The notes: generated by a model from the letters alone, not told the origin. A stretch of DNA of 64,000 bases from Desulfomicrobium sp. (GCA_040768745.1 JAXGMI010000002.1:800001-864000), one strand, 5' to 3'. Shown: positions 19,755 through 29,139, numbered from the stretch's first letter. Numbers and translations: made by a program.

Positions 19755-20072
19755 TCACGAACTCGACAGCTTCATCAAGACCAGACCTGACACGATCAGC
19801 CCCGCAGCAAGGATCCTCATTGCATTGACCGGCTCAGCCAGCAAGATGATCCCGACGAGAAATGCCCCGACCGAGCCGATGCCGGTCCAGACGGTGTACG
19901 CGGTGCCGAGCGGTATGGTCCGCATGGCAAAGGCCAACAGCCAAAAGCTGCCCGCCATTGTAATCAGCGTGATCAGTGATGGGATCGGGCGGCTGAAGCC
20001 GTGGGACAGCCTCATCGAATACGCCCAGACAACTTCGAGAACACCGGCAAAGAAGAGTATAATCCAGGCCAT
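19755..20072 (-). CDS. gdx: SMR-family guanidinium exporter Gdx (SugE)
   Basis: MAWIILFFAGVLEVVWA, PLGTAYTVWTGIG; 105 aa; riboswitch upstream. Confidence 0.93.
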   Translation of the reverse strand: MAWIILFFAGVLEVVWAYSMRLSHGFSRPIPSLITLITMAGSFWLLAFAMRTIPLGTAYTVWTGIGSVGAFLVGIILLAEPVNAMRILAAGLIVSGLVLMKLSSS

Positions 20073-20094
20073 CGGCCATCCTTTTTTCACAGGG

Positions 20095-20143
20095 CCAGGC
20101 CGTCCTGGACATTCTTCCCGAGGCGGGGGGGAGGTCGTCCTCC
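20095..20143 (-). ncRNA. guanidine-II (mini-ykkC) riboswitch
   Basis: Two hairpins with ACGR loops on the minus strand, ggagg-ACGA-cctcc and ccagg-ACGG-cctgg, just upstream of the gdx RBS. Confidence 0.9.
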
Positions 20144-20291
20144 TCAAACGGTTTCCATACCTGAAAAGCCCCGGTCAGACAAGCAGGCAGTGTTCGAAGA
20201 ACCATGGCTTCCCGTTTGCAAACTGTCACCCAGGCACATCCTGTTCACTTTCTCAGGGCAGCCCATGCGCAGCAGAAAAGTGCAACACTTC

Positions 20292-22040
20292 CTAGCCCCT
20301 GCGCGCGATCTGCGACCCGTCGAAGAGGCCCTGGAAAAAGGCCATCGCGTTCACGCCCAGGGACCTGATGCGATATCCGCCCTCCTGCACGACCAGGGTG
20401 TGCCGGCCCAGGGCACCGATGAGCTTCCCGTTGCGGTGGAAGTCACGGGCCCGCAGGTCCCAGGTGCCTGTCGGGTCCCCTTTGGCCGGGTCCAGACCGA
20501 GCCCGACGACCAGAAAGGCCGGATCGAAGTCCGTGACCAAGCCCAGGGCGCGGCGCAGCACCTCGGCGTACCTCTCGCCGTCCATGTTCTCGGGCAGGGC
20601 GAAATTCCGGTTGAATCCGCATCCCGGCCCCTCGCCGATTTCTTCGGCGAATCCGCTGAAGTAGGGATAGGCGAAGCTGGGGTGCCCATGGATGGAGACC
20701 GTCAGCACGTCGGATCGTTCGTAGAAGATGTTCTGGGTGCCGTTGCCGTGGTGGTAGTCCACGTCCAGGACAGCTACCCGCCCGTGGGCGCTCAGCCGGT
20801 GGGCGACCACTGCGGCCGTGTTGAAGTAGCAGAAGCCCCCGAAGGCCCGCCGCTCGGCATGGTGTCCGGGCGGTCGGACCAGGGCGTAGGCTAGGCGGCG
20901 ACCGGCCAGGATTTCCTCCGCGGCGGTCAGTCCGCAGTCCACTGCCCCTCGCGCCGCGGCGTAGGCGTTGCCGTTCAAAGGCGTGAAGGTGTCGATGCAG
21001 TAGTAGCCTGCTCGTACGGCCAGATCCTTGGGCGGGCGCGCCGCGTTGCGGATGGGGAAGACATAAGGATAGACGGATTTCTTTTCGGGCAGCCCCGCGC
21101 AAACTGTCCTGAGATAGGACACGAAGCGGCTGTCATGGACCTGCGTGATGTGGCGCTCCGAAAAGTGACGGGCCTCCCCGCGCTGAAACAGGCCGGACTT
21201 CTCGACCTCCCGCAGGATGGAACTCATGCGCACCGGCGATTCGACGTAGCCGCGCTCCCGGATGTGATGGATGGAGTGTCCCTCGTTGCAGACCAGTCCG
21301 ATGCGGCGGTCGGCGCTGATGGCGGAGGGGCGGACGGGAAAGGCATCCCTCACGTAGCGGAAGTCCCGCAGGATCAGGGGTCCGGCAGGGATGGAGTCGA
21401 GGACCATCTGCACGTACCGCGGGGAGCACTTACCCCGGTACTTGCGTTCCAGCACAGCGCGGATGACGTGCCGGGCCCGGTCCCGCGTCAGCCGGAAGTG
21501 CCTGTCCAGGGGATCGGCCACCAGGTAGGGGGCGCAATCGTCTTCGGGGGAAAGGGGCGTCTCGTAGGCCGTGTTGACGACCGGACGCGCCCCGTAACGC
21601 TCGTAAAAGCGCAATCTAGCGACGTTCTCGCGCAGGAGTTCCGGGTCCCGGCACAGGGCCGGGTCGTCGGGCAGGCATTCGAAAAAGAGGGACGTATCGC
21701 CCAGGGCCCGGGCTTCCTCGCGCACCCGCTCGTAGAGGGCCGAACCCACGCCGCGCCCGCCGTGCAGCAGGCTGACCGAAAGGTAGTCCAGGTAGCAGAA
21801 GCGCAGGTCCGAGAAATGGCACAACAGGGCGAACCCCTGCACCACCCGGCGCTGCCCTTCGGCCACGAAGACGATGGTCCGGTACCCCTTGCCCAGGGGG
21901 TTCTTGAGGGTGGCGGGCAGGCTCTCCACCTCCTCGGCCGCAATCAGTGGAAAGCGCTCGGCCAGGATGGTCTGCACCTGCTCGACGCTCTGGGCGTCGA
22001 CCGGAACCGTGGTGTCGTAGATGGGGCGGATGCGGAACAT
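20292..22040 (-). CDS. GNAT acetyltransferase fused to HDAC-family (acetylpolyamine amidohydrolase-like) deacetylase
   Basis: N-terminal YLDYL..GRGVGSALY..RFYERYG; C-terminal RPPGHHA, DVDYHHGNGT, GLD, QEGGY. Confidence 0.88.
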   Translation of the reverse strand: MFRIRPIYDTTVPVDAQSVEQVQTILAERFPLIAAEEVESLPATLKNPLGKGYRTIVFVAEGQRRVVQGFALLCHFSDLRFCYLDYLSVSLLHGGRGVGSALYERVREEARALGDTSLFFECLPDDPALCRDPELLRENVARLRFYERYGARPVVNTAYETPLSPEDDCAPYLVADPLDRHFRLTRDRARHVIRAVLERKYRGKCSPRYVQMVLDSIPAGPLILRDFRYVRDAFPVRPSAISADRRIGLVCNEGHSIHHIRERGYVESPVRMSSILREVEKSGLFQRGEARHFSERHITQVHDSRFVSYLRTVCAGLPEKKSVYPYVFPIRNAARPPKDLAVRAGYYCIDTFTPLNGNAYAAARGAVDCGLTAAEEILAGRRLAYALVRPPGHHAERRAFGGFCYFNTAAVVAHRLSAHGRVAVLDVDYHHGNGTQNIFYERSDVLTVSIHGHPSFAYPYFSGFAEEIGEGPGCGFNRNFALPENMDGERYAEVLRRALGLVTDFDPAFLVVGLGLDPAKGDPTGTWDLRARDFHRNGKLIGALGRHTLVVQEGGYRIRSLGVNAMAFFQGLFDGSQIARRG

Positions 22041-22220
22041 GAGGTCACCTCCGGGTTGAGCCTGCGGGATTGCCCCGAGGAGCCGGACAAGAAGGGTACG
22101 TCGGGGTCGAGTGTCAAAACAAGACCGGGTCTCCCTCTGCCGGAACAGTCTCCTCTGACGGCCATGCCCCTGCCAGCGTCGTTCGGCGCCTCCGACAGCG
22201 CACGGCTGGAGCCTTCCATC

Positions 22221-22634
22221 TCATGACAGCCTTCCGACCCATTGCGCTGCCCAATTCGCCGCGTCCACGCTCAAGCCCTCGCAGAGATGCTGCGGCTGCC
22301 CTTCGGCAAAGCCCTGCGGCCGCAAATCCCGGCAAAGCAGACTGCCGAAACGCGTCTCAAATTCACGGGCATATGCCTTGCACAGGTTTTCGACCTCTTC
22401 TGGGGAGCGACCGCGTCCATGCCCCCATATCCCCAGAAACATGAGCCCGCCTTCCACCAGCCCGCACTGGGCCCGAAATCGGCCCGCGCCGTTCATGCCG
22501 GTTGCCGCCGCAAAGACCTGCTCATGGATCTCCCGGTCTGTAACCGCCCCGAGCACGCGGAGCATGGCCACCGCTCAATTGACGTCATCGCGCCAGTAGG
22601 CATCGCGGACTACGCTCCGCACCGCATCATTCAT
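22221..22634 (-). CDS. C-GCAxxG-C-C family protein, probable selenoprotein (UGA at codon 20)
   Basis: MNDAVRSVVRDAYWRDDVN-TGA-AVAML...QCGLVEGG...FGSLLCRDL...HLC. In-frame TGA at 22575-22577 occupies the conserved N-C-A position. Confidence 0.8.
22540..22571 (-). promoter_or_regulatory. bacterial SECIS-like hairpin
   Basis: gtggcc[at]gctccg-cgtgct-cggggc-ggttac; apical loop starts 17 nt after the UGA with GU at loop positions 2-3. Confidence 0.65.
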
Positions 22635-23067
22635 GGCTCACCCCCCGCAAAAGGTTAGCAGATCTGCTTTTGACGATTATACGATACCCTTCTGTTTTCA
22701 TTTGTGATCCGCTCTGAACACATCCCCTGAATCCCGGTCCGTTGCATGCCAGGCCTGGCGCCCTGCATTGGGAATACATCGGGTCCACGAAAGGGGCTTG
22801 CGCAATCATGAGCCTTCGACCGGATCAGGCGGCCGAGATGCCTGCTGCGGGGCATGACCCGGAAGGCATCTGTGGTCCTTTTTGCGAAGCGGTCTGATCC
22901 AATGGTTCTTGTGCGCGACCTCCCGCTTCGGAAGAAACCACGGGGACATCGGGCTGCAGGCGACAGCCTTCACTATGGACAGCTCGGATCTGAACTATTC
23001 GTCGGATATAAGGCACCACAGCCTCGACGGCAACGGTCCACAGCCGGCGAACACCACCCTCCCCGAC

Positions 23068-24048
23068 TCACCCCCCGGCAAAGACGCTCCGAACCAGGTT
23101 GGCGGTATACCCGACATAGCACGTCAGAAGAAACGCCCCTTCGTAGCGGTTGATCCTGCCGAGTCCCGGACCCCGGAAGCCGTAGCCGATGACGAACAGC
23201 GAAACGGTCAATGCCACCATGGTCAGTATGTCGCGGGAGATGATTTCCTGGCCGATTGGCATGGGGGAAATTCCCCCTGCAACCCCGACCACCGCCAGGG
23301 TGTTGAACAGGTTTGATCCCAAGACGTTGCCCAGGGCAATGTCGTGCTCGCCCTTGCGCGCGGCAATGATGGAGGAGGCCAATTCAGGGAGGGATGTCCC
23401 GACCGCCACAATGGTCAAACCTATGATGAAATCGCCGATCCCCAACCCCTGAGCGATTTCAACAGCCCCCCAGACCAGAATCCGGGAACTTGCGACGAGC
23501 AGCGCCAGGCCAAAGGCCAGCCAGCCGACCGCCTTGTGCAGTGGCATTGAGCTGGCCGCCATTTCCTGGTCGATTTCAGCACCCAAGGCGTCGGTTTTCG
23601 TGCGCATGCCCTGCCAGATTGTCCAGGCCATGAGCACCCCGAACACGCCCAACAGCACCACGGCATCCCCGCGCGAAACTGTCCCGTCCAGGAGCTGCCA
23701 GCCGGCCAAGGCGGTGATGGCAGTGAGGATCGGCAACTCCATGCGCAATACGCGGGAATGCACCGCGATGGGACTGATCACCGCGGTCAGGCCCAGAATA
23801 AGCGCGATGTTTGTGATGTTGGAGCCGTAAGCGTTTCCAAGGGCGATCCCGGGGTTGTTCTGCAGGGCGGCGAGCACCGAGACCACCAACTCCGGGGCGG
23901 ACGTCCCGAAACCGACGATGATCATGCCGATGAGCAGCGGGGGCATCTTGAAATGATGCGCCGTGGAGGAAGCCCCATCGATGAAACGCTCCGCGCTCCA
24001 GACAAGCAGGACAAGGCCCGCAATGATCGCTCCCAGTGGCAGAAGCAT
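23068..24048 (-). CDS. calcium/cation antiporter (CaCA, YrbG-like)
   Basis: Alpha repeats GTSAPE...GSN and GTSLPE...GSN. Confidence 0.93.
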   Translation of the reverse strand: MLLPLGAIIAGLVLLVWSAERFIDGASSTAHHFKMPPLLIGMIIVGFGTSAPELVVSVLAALQNNPGIALGNAYGSNITNIALILGLTAVISPIAVHSRVLRMELPILTAITALAGWQLLDGTVSRGDAVVLLGVFGVLMAWTIWQGMRTKTDALGAEIDQEMAASSMPLHKAVGWLAFGLALLVASSRILVWGAVEIAQGLGIGDFIIGLTIVAVGTSLPELASSIIAARKGEHDIALGNVLGSNLFNTLAVVGVAGGISPMPIGQEIISRDILTMVALTVSLFVIGYGFRGPGLGRINRYEGAFLLTCYVGYTANLVRSVFAGG

Positions 24049-24169
24049 GATGTTTCTCCGTCTTGATCAAAAAACGAAATGAAGCCTGCTGACAAAAATA
24101 CAATGCCGGTACTCCGTGCAGAGCGATGGCCGGGCCGACCACTCTGCACGGAATCCATGGAGGCTTGCC

Positions 24170-25069
24170 TCAGCGTTGGAGCTGCTGAATTCCCTCGAGG
24201 GTCCATTGCGGGGCATTTTGGTCCCGACGGACATGCCAGACTTCCCGGATCTGCTCTGCAGGAGCGTCTTGCGCCCCTTCCCTGAGCATTGCGTCGAACA
24301 GGACGCTGATCACGGTCTCGGAACCGACAGTCCTCGCTTCAAGCACACGCGCTTCAAGCATCAGTATCTCGGTCCGGCCAGGGGATGGGTCGAGTTCGGC
24401 CTGGCGCGAGATCTCGCGGTACACTTCCTGCGTTGTGAACTGTCCGATATCATGCAGATCACGGCGGTCCCACGAACTCTGCAAACGAATGTAGAGGGCC
24501 TTGGCCCCAGCCAGGAACTCCTGCTCGTCAACGCCGTCGGGCAGGTCCGGGCCGTGCTTGGCACCGGGCTGCCGGAAGACCTGGTTTCCCCAACCCCCGC
24601 CCTGCACCGGGTCATAGGTCGCCCCGCTGCCCGCATTGGCATATGGCGCGGCCGTTGCCGTGGCAGTCCTGCGCGAGCGGATGAATTTGAGCAGGAGAAA
24701 CCCGCCGAAGCCAAGCAGGAGAAGATCGAGCATGCCCGGGCCAGAGAAGCCGCCCCCAAAAAGCATGGATCCGAGCAGGCCGCCCATGAGCAGACCCCCA
24801 AACATGCCACCGAGCCCGCCGAACCTGGACCCAGGACTTGGCGCGGCCTGCTGCATGCCCGGAGCGCTTTTCGGTTGCGCGGCAGGCTTGGTATAGCCAC
24901 TGCCGTAGGAAGGCTTGCTCCCGAAGGACCCTCCTCCACCGATGCGCTTGGCATCTGCCACGTCCGGCCAGGCGAAAAGAAGGGTCAGGGCGATGAGCGG
25001 AAAAAAGAGATAGGCCAGTCCAGGTTTCAGGGCAGCAGCGTGGGACTGGAAAACGGGAACGGACTTCAT
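24170..25069 (-). CDS. Tim44-domain membrane protein
   Basis: ADAKRIGGGGSFG, Gly-rich TM segment GGLLMGGLLGSMLFGG, FLAGAK..LQSSWD, EVWH..W.LEGIQQ. Confidence 0.9.
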   Translation of the reverse strand: MKSVPVFQSHAAALKPGLAYLFFPLIALTLLFAWPDVADAKRIGGGGSFGSKPSYGSGYTKPAAQPKSAPGMQQAAPSPGSRFGGLGGMFGGLLMGGLLGSMLFGGGFSGPGMLDLLLLGFGGFLLLKFIRSRRTATATAAPYANAGSGATYDPVQGGGWGNQVFRQPGAKHGPDLPDGVDEQEFLAGAKALYIRLQSSWDRRDLHDIGQFTTQEVYREISRQAELDPSPGRTEILMLEARVLEARTVGSETVISVLFDAMLREGAQDAPAEQIREVWHVRRDQNAPQWTLEGIQQLQR

Positions 25070-25097
25070 GGTACCTCCAAGGTTGGCTGGAGGTCTG

Positions 25098-25136
25098 AAA
25101 AAAAGAAACCTCCAGCATGGGTTGTCATGCTGAAGG
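25098..25136 (-). terminator. riboswitch expression-platform terminator
   Basis: ccttcagcatg-acaacc-catgctggagg-tttcttttttt, overlapping the 3' strand of aptamer P1. Confidence 0.8.
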
Positions 25137-25222
25137 TCTGGCTCATCGGCGGGGCCGACGGCAAGGCCAAGCGTCTGCACGCCAGTATTGTTGACCTTGC
25201 ACTTGGGAGCTACTCCCCTTCT
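25131..25222 (-). ncRNA. yybP-ykoY (Mn2+) riboswitch
   Basis: Minus strand aaGGGGAGTAGC...aaggTCAACAATAC...tggcctt...gagccAGACCtt matches the conserved L1 and L3 motifs. Confidence 0.88.
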
Positions 25223-25411
25223 GGAAACCGTCTATCCTCGGAAAGGCTCTTCCGTCAAGTTCGGATTGACGCGGGTACGACAGGGGGCGCAGCAGGACGG
25301 GCGGATCGTTATTTTAGGGAGCCGGTAAAGAGACTTTTCAAACCCGCGAAAAGCTGCGAGGTTGAGCATCCGGACGCCTTCGGCGAATTGATGCACAGGA
25401 GGAGCGAGGGA

Positions 25412-25774
25412 GTGATTTCATTCTCGTGCAGGGTTTTCTATCTGATTCTGCTGTATCTGATTTTTCCCCTGAAGCTGTACGCCCAGGATTGGCACCTGGC
25501 CGGAACGCGGGGCATAATGAATTTTGTCGTTGTGTCCAAGGAGAGGGAAGCGGACAAGGATGTCTATCTTGAAGCGATTCAAAGCATCTGCAAGGTCGGC
25601 GAAAACTGCAAGATCATATTCTGGGCAAGCGCAGACCATGTTCCCACGTCATGGCCCATGACAGATGCGCAGAGGGAATCACGGGTTGTTGATTATTTCA
25701 AGGAAGGCAATTCTGAGGAGGAAAAATTTCTTTGGAATTGCCGGATAGTCAACGACCCGTCGCAATGTTTTTAG
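25412..25774 (+). CDS. small exported hypothetical protein
   Basis: AGGAGG RBS with GTG start (alternative ATG 25391); signal-like FYLILLYLIFPLKLYA-Q; two Cys pairs. Confidence 0.6.
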   Translation: MISFSCRVFYLILLYLIFPLKLYAQDWHLAGTRGIMNFVVVSKEREADKDVYLEAIQSICKVGENCKIIFWASADHVPTSWPMTDAQRESRVVDYFKEGNSEEEKFLWNCRIVNDPSQCF

Positions 25775-25809
25775 CAGAGGGAAAAAACCCGTCGCCCCTG
25801 GCGACGGGT

Positions 25810-27425
25810 CAGACTGCTGACAAAGTCACCTCAAAACCCTCGTCAAATGACGGGGGTTTTGTTATGAAAGCTTACATGTTACGCAGCACAGGACCCAAAC
25901 AACTGAAGTACGAATTCGTCTGCATCGAGCGCTTGGTTCCCAAAGATCATCTTCTTCGTAAGATCACCAAGTTCATCGATTTCCGTTTCATCCACGACAA
26001 GGTCAAAGACCTGTACTGTCCGGACAACGGCCGGCCGGCTCTTGATCCGACAGTGCTCTTCAAGATGCTCTTTCTGGGGTATCTGTTCGGCATCCGCAGT
26101 GAGCGGCGGCTGATTGAGGAGATCAAGGTCAATGTCGCCTACCGCTGGTTTTTGGGCTTCAGCCTGGAAGACAAGATTCCCGACGCCTCGACCATCAGCC
26201 AGAACCGCCGCCGTCGCTTCAACCAGAGCACGGTCTACCAGGAGATTTTCGACGAGATCGTGGTTCAGGCCATCCGCCGCAAGATGATCGACGGTCGTAC
26301 CCTGTACACGGATTCGACCCACCTCAAGGCCAACGCCAACAAGAACAAGTTTGTCGAAGCCGAGGTTGCCAAGAGCACGCGGGATTACATCGATGATCTG
26401 GAGCGGGACGTTGCCCAGGACCGGGCCGACCACGGCAAGAAGGCGTTGAAAGAGAACGATCCGGAACCCGAAACCAAGACGGTCAAGCAGAGCACGACGG
26501 ACCCGGAGTCTGGCTACATGCACCGGGACGGCAAGCCCAAGGGGTTCTTCTTTCTGGATCACCGCTCGGTGGACGGTCTTCATGGCCTGATCACGGATAC
26601 GTACGTGACGCCAGGCAATGTGCATGACTCGATACCGTATCTTGATCGTCTTGATCGACAGCGCGAACGATTTGGTTTTGAAGTGGAGGCGGTTGGACTG
26701 GATGCTGGCTACGCGACGACAGGAATCTGCAAAGGGCTTGAGGAGAGAGGGATTTTTGGAGTGGTTGGCTACCGTCGTTTTGGAAAAAACACGGGCCGCT
26801 TCAGACGCAAGGATTTTTTCTACGACGACTCAGTGGATTGCTACGTCTGCCCTGCAAACTGCCTTTTGAGTTACCGAACCACCAACCGGGCGGGTTACCG
26901 GGAATACGCCTCGGATCCCAAGATTTGCAAAGCATGTCAGCTTCTTGAGAGATGCACGACCAGCAAGATATGCCGACGGGTCATAGCGCGCCACGTATGG
27001 GAAGATAGTCGGGAACGCATCGACTCCAACCGGCTGACGGAGCGTGGCAAGGCCATCTATGCCCGACGCAAGGAAACGGTTGAACGCAGCTTTGCCGACT
27101 GCAAGGAACTGCATGGGCATCGTTACGCCCGGATGCGTGGTCTCTCGAAGGTCTTGGAGCAGTGCCTGCTGTGTGCGGCCGCGTTCAACATGAAGAAAAT
27201 CGCGCTGCACTTGTCCAGGTTGGGACTCCGCAGGCCAGCAAGCCCGGCGGGCGCCATGGCCGGGATGATTCTGTCCTTTATTTACGGGATATTCCAACAA
27301 CAGAAGCGCCAATACGCCCCAATTTGATCCCAGAAGGGCCTCCTGAACGATTTCAGGAAAAATACACATCGTCAGAAAAAACAAACCCTCGCCGGACAGT
27401 GTGACGAGGGTTTGTCAGTGGTCTG
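25810..27425 (+). mobile_element. IS1182-family element (1616 bp) with 23-bp palindromic flanking direct repeat
   Basis: IRs cagactgctgacaaa and tttgtcagtggtctg; acccgtcgcccctggcgacgggt at 25787-25809 and 27426-27448. Confidence 0.93.
25864..27327 (+). CDS. IS1182-family transposase, intact
   Basis: LVPKDHLLRKI, GRPALDP, IRSERRL, DSTHLKANA, TTDPES, DAGY, RKETVERSFAD. Confidence 0.93.
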   Translation: MKAYMLRSTGPKQLKYEFVCIERLVPKDHLLRKITKFIDFRFIHDKVKDLYCPDNGRPALDPTVLFKMLFLGYLFGIRSERRLIEEIKVNVAYRWFLGFSLEDKIPDASTISQNRRRRFNQSTVYQEIFDEIVVQAIRRKMIDGRTLYTDSTHLKANANKNKFVEAEVAKSTRDYIDDLERDVAQDRADHGKKALKENDPEPETKTVKQSTTDPESGYMHRDGKPKGFFFLDHRSVDGLHGLITDTYVTPGNVHDSIPYLDRLDRQRERFGFEVEAVGLDAGYATTGICKGLEERGIFGVVGYRRFGKNTGRFRRKDFFYDDSVDCYVCPANCLLSYRTTNRAGYREYASDPKICKACQLLERCTTSKICRRVIARHVWEDSRERIDSNRLTERGKAIYARRKETVERSFADCKELHGHRYARMRGLSKVLEQCLLCAAAFNMKKIALHLSRLGLRRPASPAGAMAGMILSFIYGIFQQQKRQYAPI

Positions 27426-27488
27426 ACCCGTCGCCCCTGGCGACGGGTCACAGGTCAATCAGGCAAATCTCATCCCGTGGAGGCATCC

Positions 27489-27686
27489 ATGTTTGGCATT
27501 GGCGTGCAGGAACTGCTCATCATCCTCGTCATCGTCCTGCTGGTATACGGAGGCAGGAGACTCCCGGAACTCGGGTCCGGTATCGGCCGGGCCATCACAA
27601 ACTTCAAGAAGGGCATGCGCGAACCGGATGAGATAGACGTCACCCCGTCCCCTCCATCCAAAAACGACCCAGACAAGCGGCCTTGA
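27489..27686 (+). CDS. tatA: second TatA/TatE paralog
   Basis: [41 protein letters not shown]. Confidence 0.9.
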   Translation: MFGIGVQELLIILVIVLLVYGGRRLPELGSGIGRAITNFKKGMREPDEIDVTPSPPSKNDPDKRP

Positions 27687-27798
27687 TCCGTCGCCCTTCC
27701 CCCGTTTCCGGATCCCGGCGTCTCCTGACTATGCCCGGCCGCCAGCCAGCAGGGGAACGACGCCGGCCCCCACAACACCTCGCATGCACGGAGACCGT

Positions 27799-29139
27799 AT
27801 GGATATCGCCATATTGATCTTCCTCATCGTCCTCAACGGAGTGTTCGCCATGTCCGAGATCGCGCTCGTCACGGCACGCAGAAGCCGCCTCCAAAGGCTG
27901 GCCGAGGACGGGGACAAGTCCGCAGTTGTCGCCATCCGTCTGGGTGAAGACCCCACTCAATTCCTTTCCACCATTCAAATCGGCATCACCGCCATCGGCA
28001 TCCTGAACGGCATCATGGGCGAAGCGGTGCTTGCCAACCCCTTGGCCACCATGTTTCTGTCCATGGGAATCGATCAGAAGACGAGTTCCGTAACCGCAAC
28101 GACGATTGTCGTCGTACTGATCACCTATTTTTCCATCGTGGTCGGCGAGTTGGTGCCCAAACGCATCGCGCAGTTCAACGCCGAGGGCATCGCCAGGCTG
28201 ATGGCCACCCCGATCTCCCTGCTGGCGAATCTGTCCCGGCCGTTTGTCTTCCTGCTTTCCATATCCACAGACGGGATTCTGCGGCTGATGGGCAGGAAGG
28301 AATTGAGCGGCGCCAGCCTGACCGAAGAGGACATCCACTCCATGCTGGCCGAAGGGTCACAGGCGGGCCTCATCGAAAAACAGGAACACGAGATCGTCCG
28401 CAACGTGTTCCGGCTGGACGACCGGCAGATAGCCTCGCTGATGACGCCCCGCAGCGAAATCGTCTTCCTGGACGTGGACCGACCCGTGGAGGACCAGCTG
28501 GAGCATCTCATGGATTCCGAACACTCCCGCTACCCGGTGTGCCGGGGAGGACTGCACAATACCATTGGAATCATCACCGCCAAAAAACTGCTCAAACAGC
28601 GCCTGAAAGGTGAATCCACTGAAATCCGGGCCTATCTCCAGCCCGCCGTCTTCGTGCCCGAGACGCTGACAGGGATGAAGCTCCTGGAACGCTTCCGGGA
28701 ATCGGGCGTGCAGATGGTTTTTGTCGTGGACGAATATGGGGAGATACTGGGGATCGTCACCCTGCAGGATGTCCTGGAGGCCCTGGCTGGCGAATTCAGG
28801 CCCCGCGATCCGGAGGATGTCTGGGGGGTCCAGCGCGAAGACGGCTCATGGATTCTCGACGGCCTGATCCCCATCCCCGAACTCAAGGACAGGCTGAACC
28901 TGAAGGGCGTCCCCGAGGAACAGAAGGGGAGGTACAACACGTTGAGTGGCATGATGATGTGGCTGGTCGGCAGCATCCCCCGCACGTGCGATGTGGCCGT
29001 CTGGGAAGGTTGGAGGCTCGAGGTGATTGATCTCGACGGCAACCGGGTCGACAAGGTTCTGGCCAGCCGCCTGCCGGAGACGAAGGGGCAGCCCGGGAGT
29101 CCGGAAACCCCTTCCGCCAGCCCAGAGGCCGCCTGCTGA
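27799..29139 (+). CDS. CNNM/CBS/CorC-HlyC (hemolysin family) metal transporter
   Basis: NGVFAMSEIALV, FLSTIQIGIT, GELVPKRIA, MTPR, VVDEYG. Confidence 0.92.
   Translation: MDIAILIFLIVLNGVFAMSEIALVTARRSRLQRLAEDGDKSAVVAIRLGEDPTQFLSTIQIGITAIGILNGIMGEAVLANPLATMFLSMGIDQKTSSVTATTIVVVLITYFSIVVGELVPKRIAQFNAEGIARLMATPISLLANLSRPFVFLLSISTDGILRLMGRKELSGASLTEEDIHSMLAEGSQAGLIEKQEHEIVRNVFRLDDRQIASLMTPRSEIVFLDVDRPVEDQLEHLMDSEHSRYPVCRGGLHNTIGIITAKKLLKQRLKGESTEIRAYLQPAVFVPETLTGMKLLERFRESGVQMVFVVDEYGEILGIVTLQDVLEALAGEFRPRDPEDVWGVQREDGSWILDGLIPIPELKDRLNLKGVPEEQKGRYNTLSGMMMWLVGSIPRTCDVAVWEGWRLEVIDLDGNRVDKVLASRLPETKGQPGSPETPSASPEAAC

Noticed and set aside
22640..23060. Roughly 400-bp gap as an sRNA or small gene
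   Set aside because: Short ORFs lack RBS or motifs, and I could not recognise any RNA structure
24086..24096. ctgctgacaaa resembling the IS1182 IR
   Set aside because: Isolated 11-mer with no partner end or transposase remnant
25148..25158. ggcggggccga matching the tRNA-Asp 3' end as an att site
   Set aside because: Only 11 bp, GC-rich and part of a riboswitch hairpin
24116..25411. 5' part of the 552-aa plus-strand ORF 24116..25774
   Set aside because: Antisense to the Tim44 gene and riboswitch; only the last ~120 codons look coding
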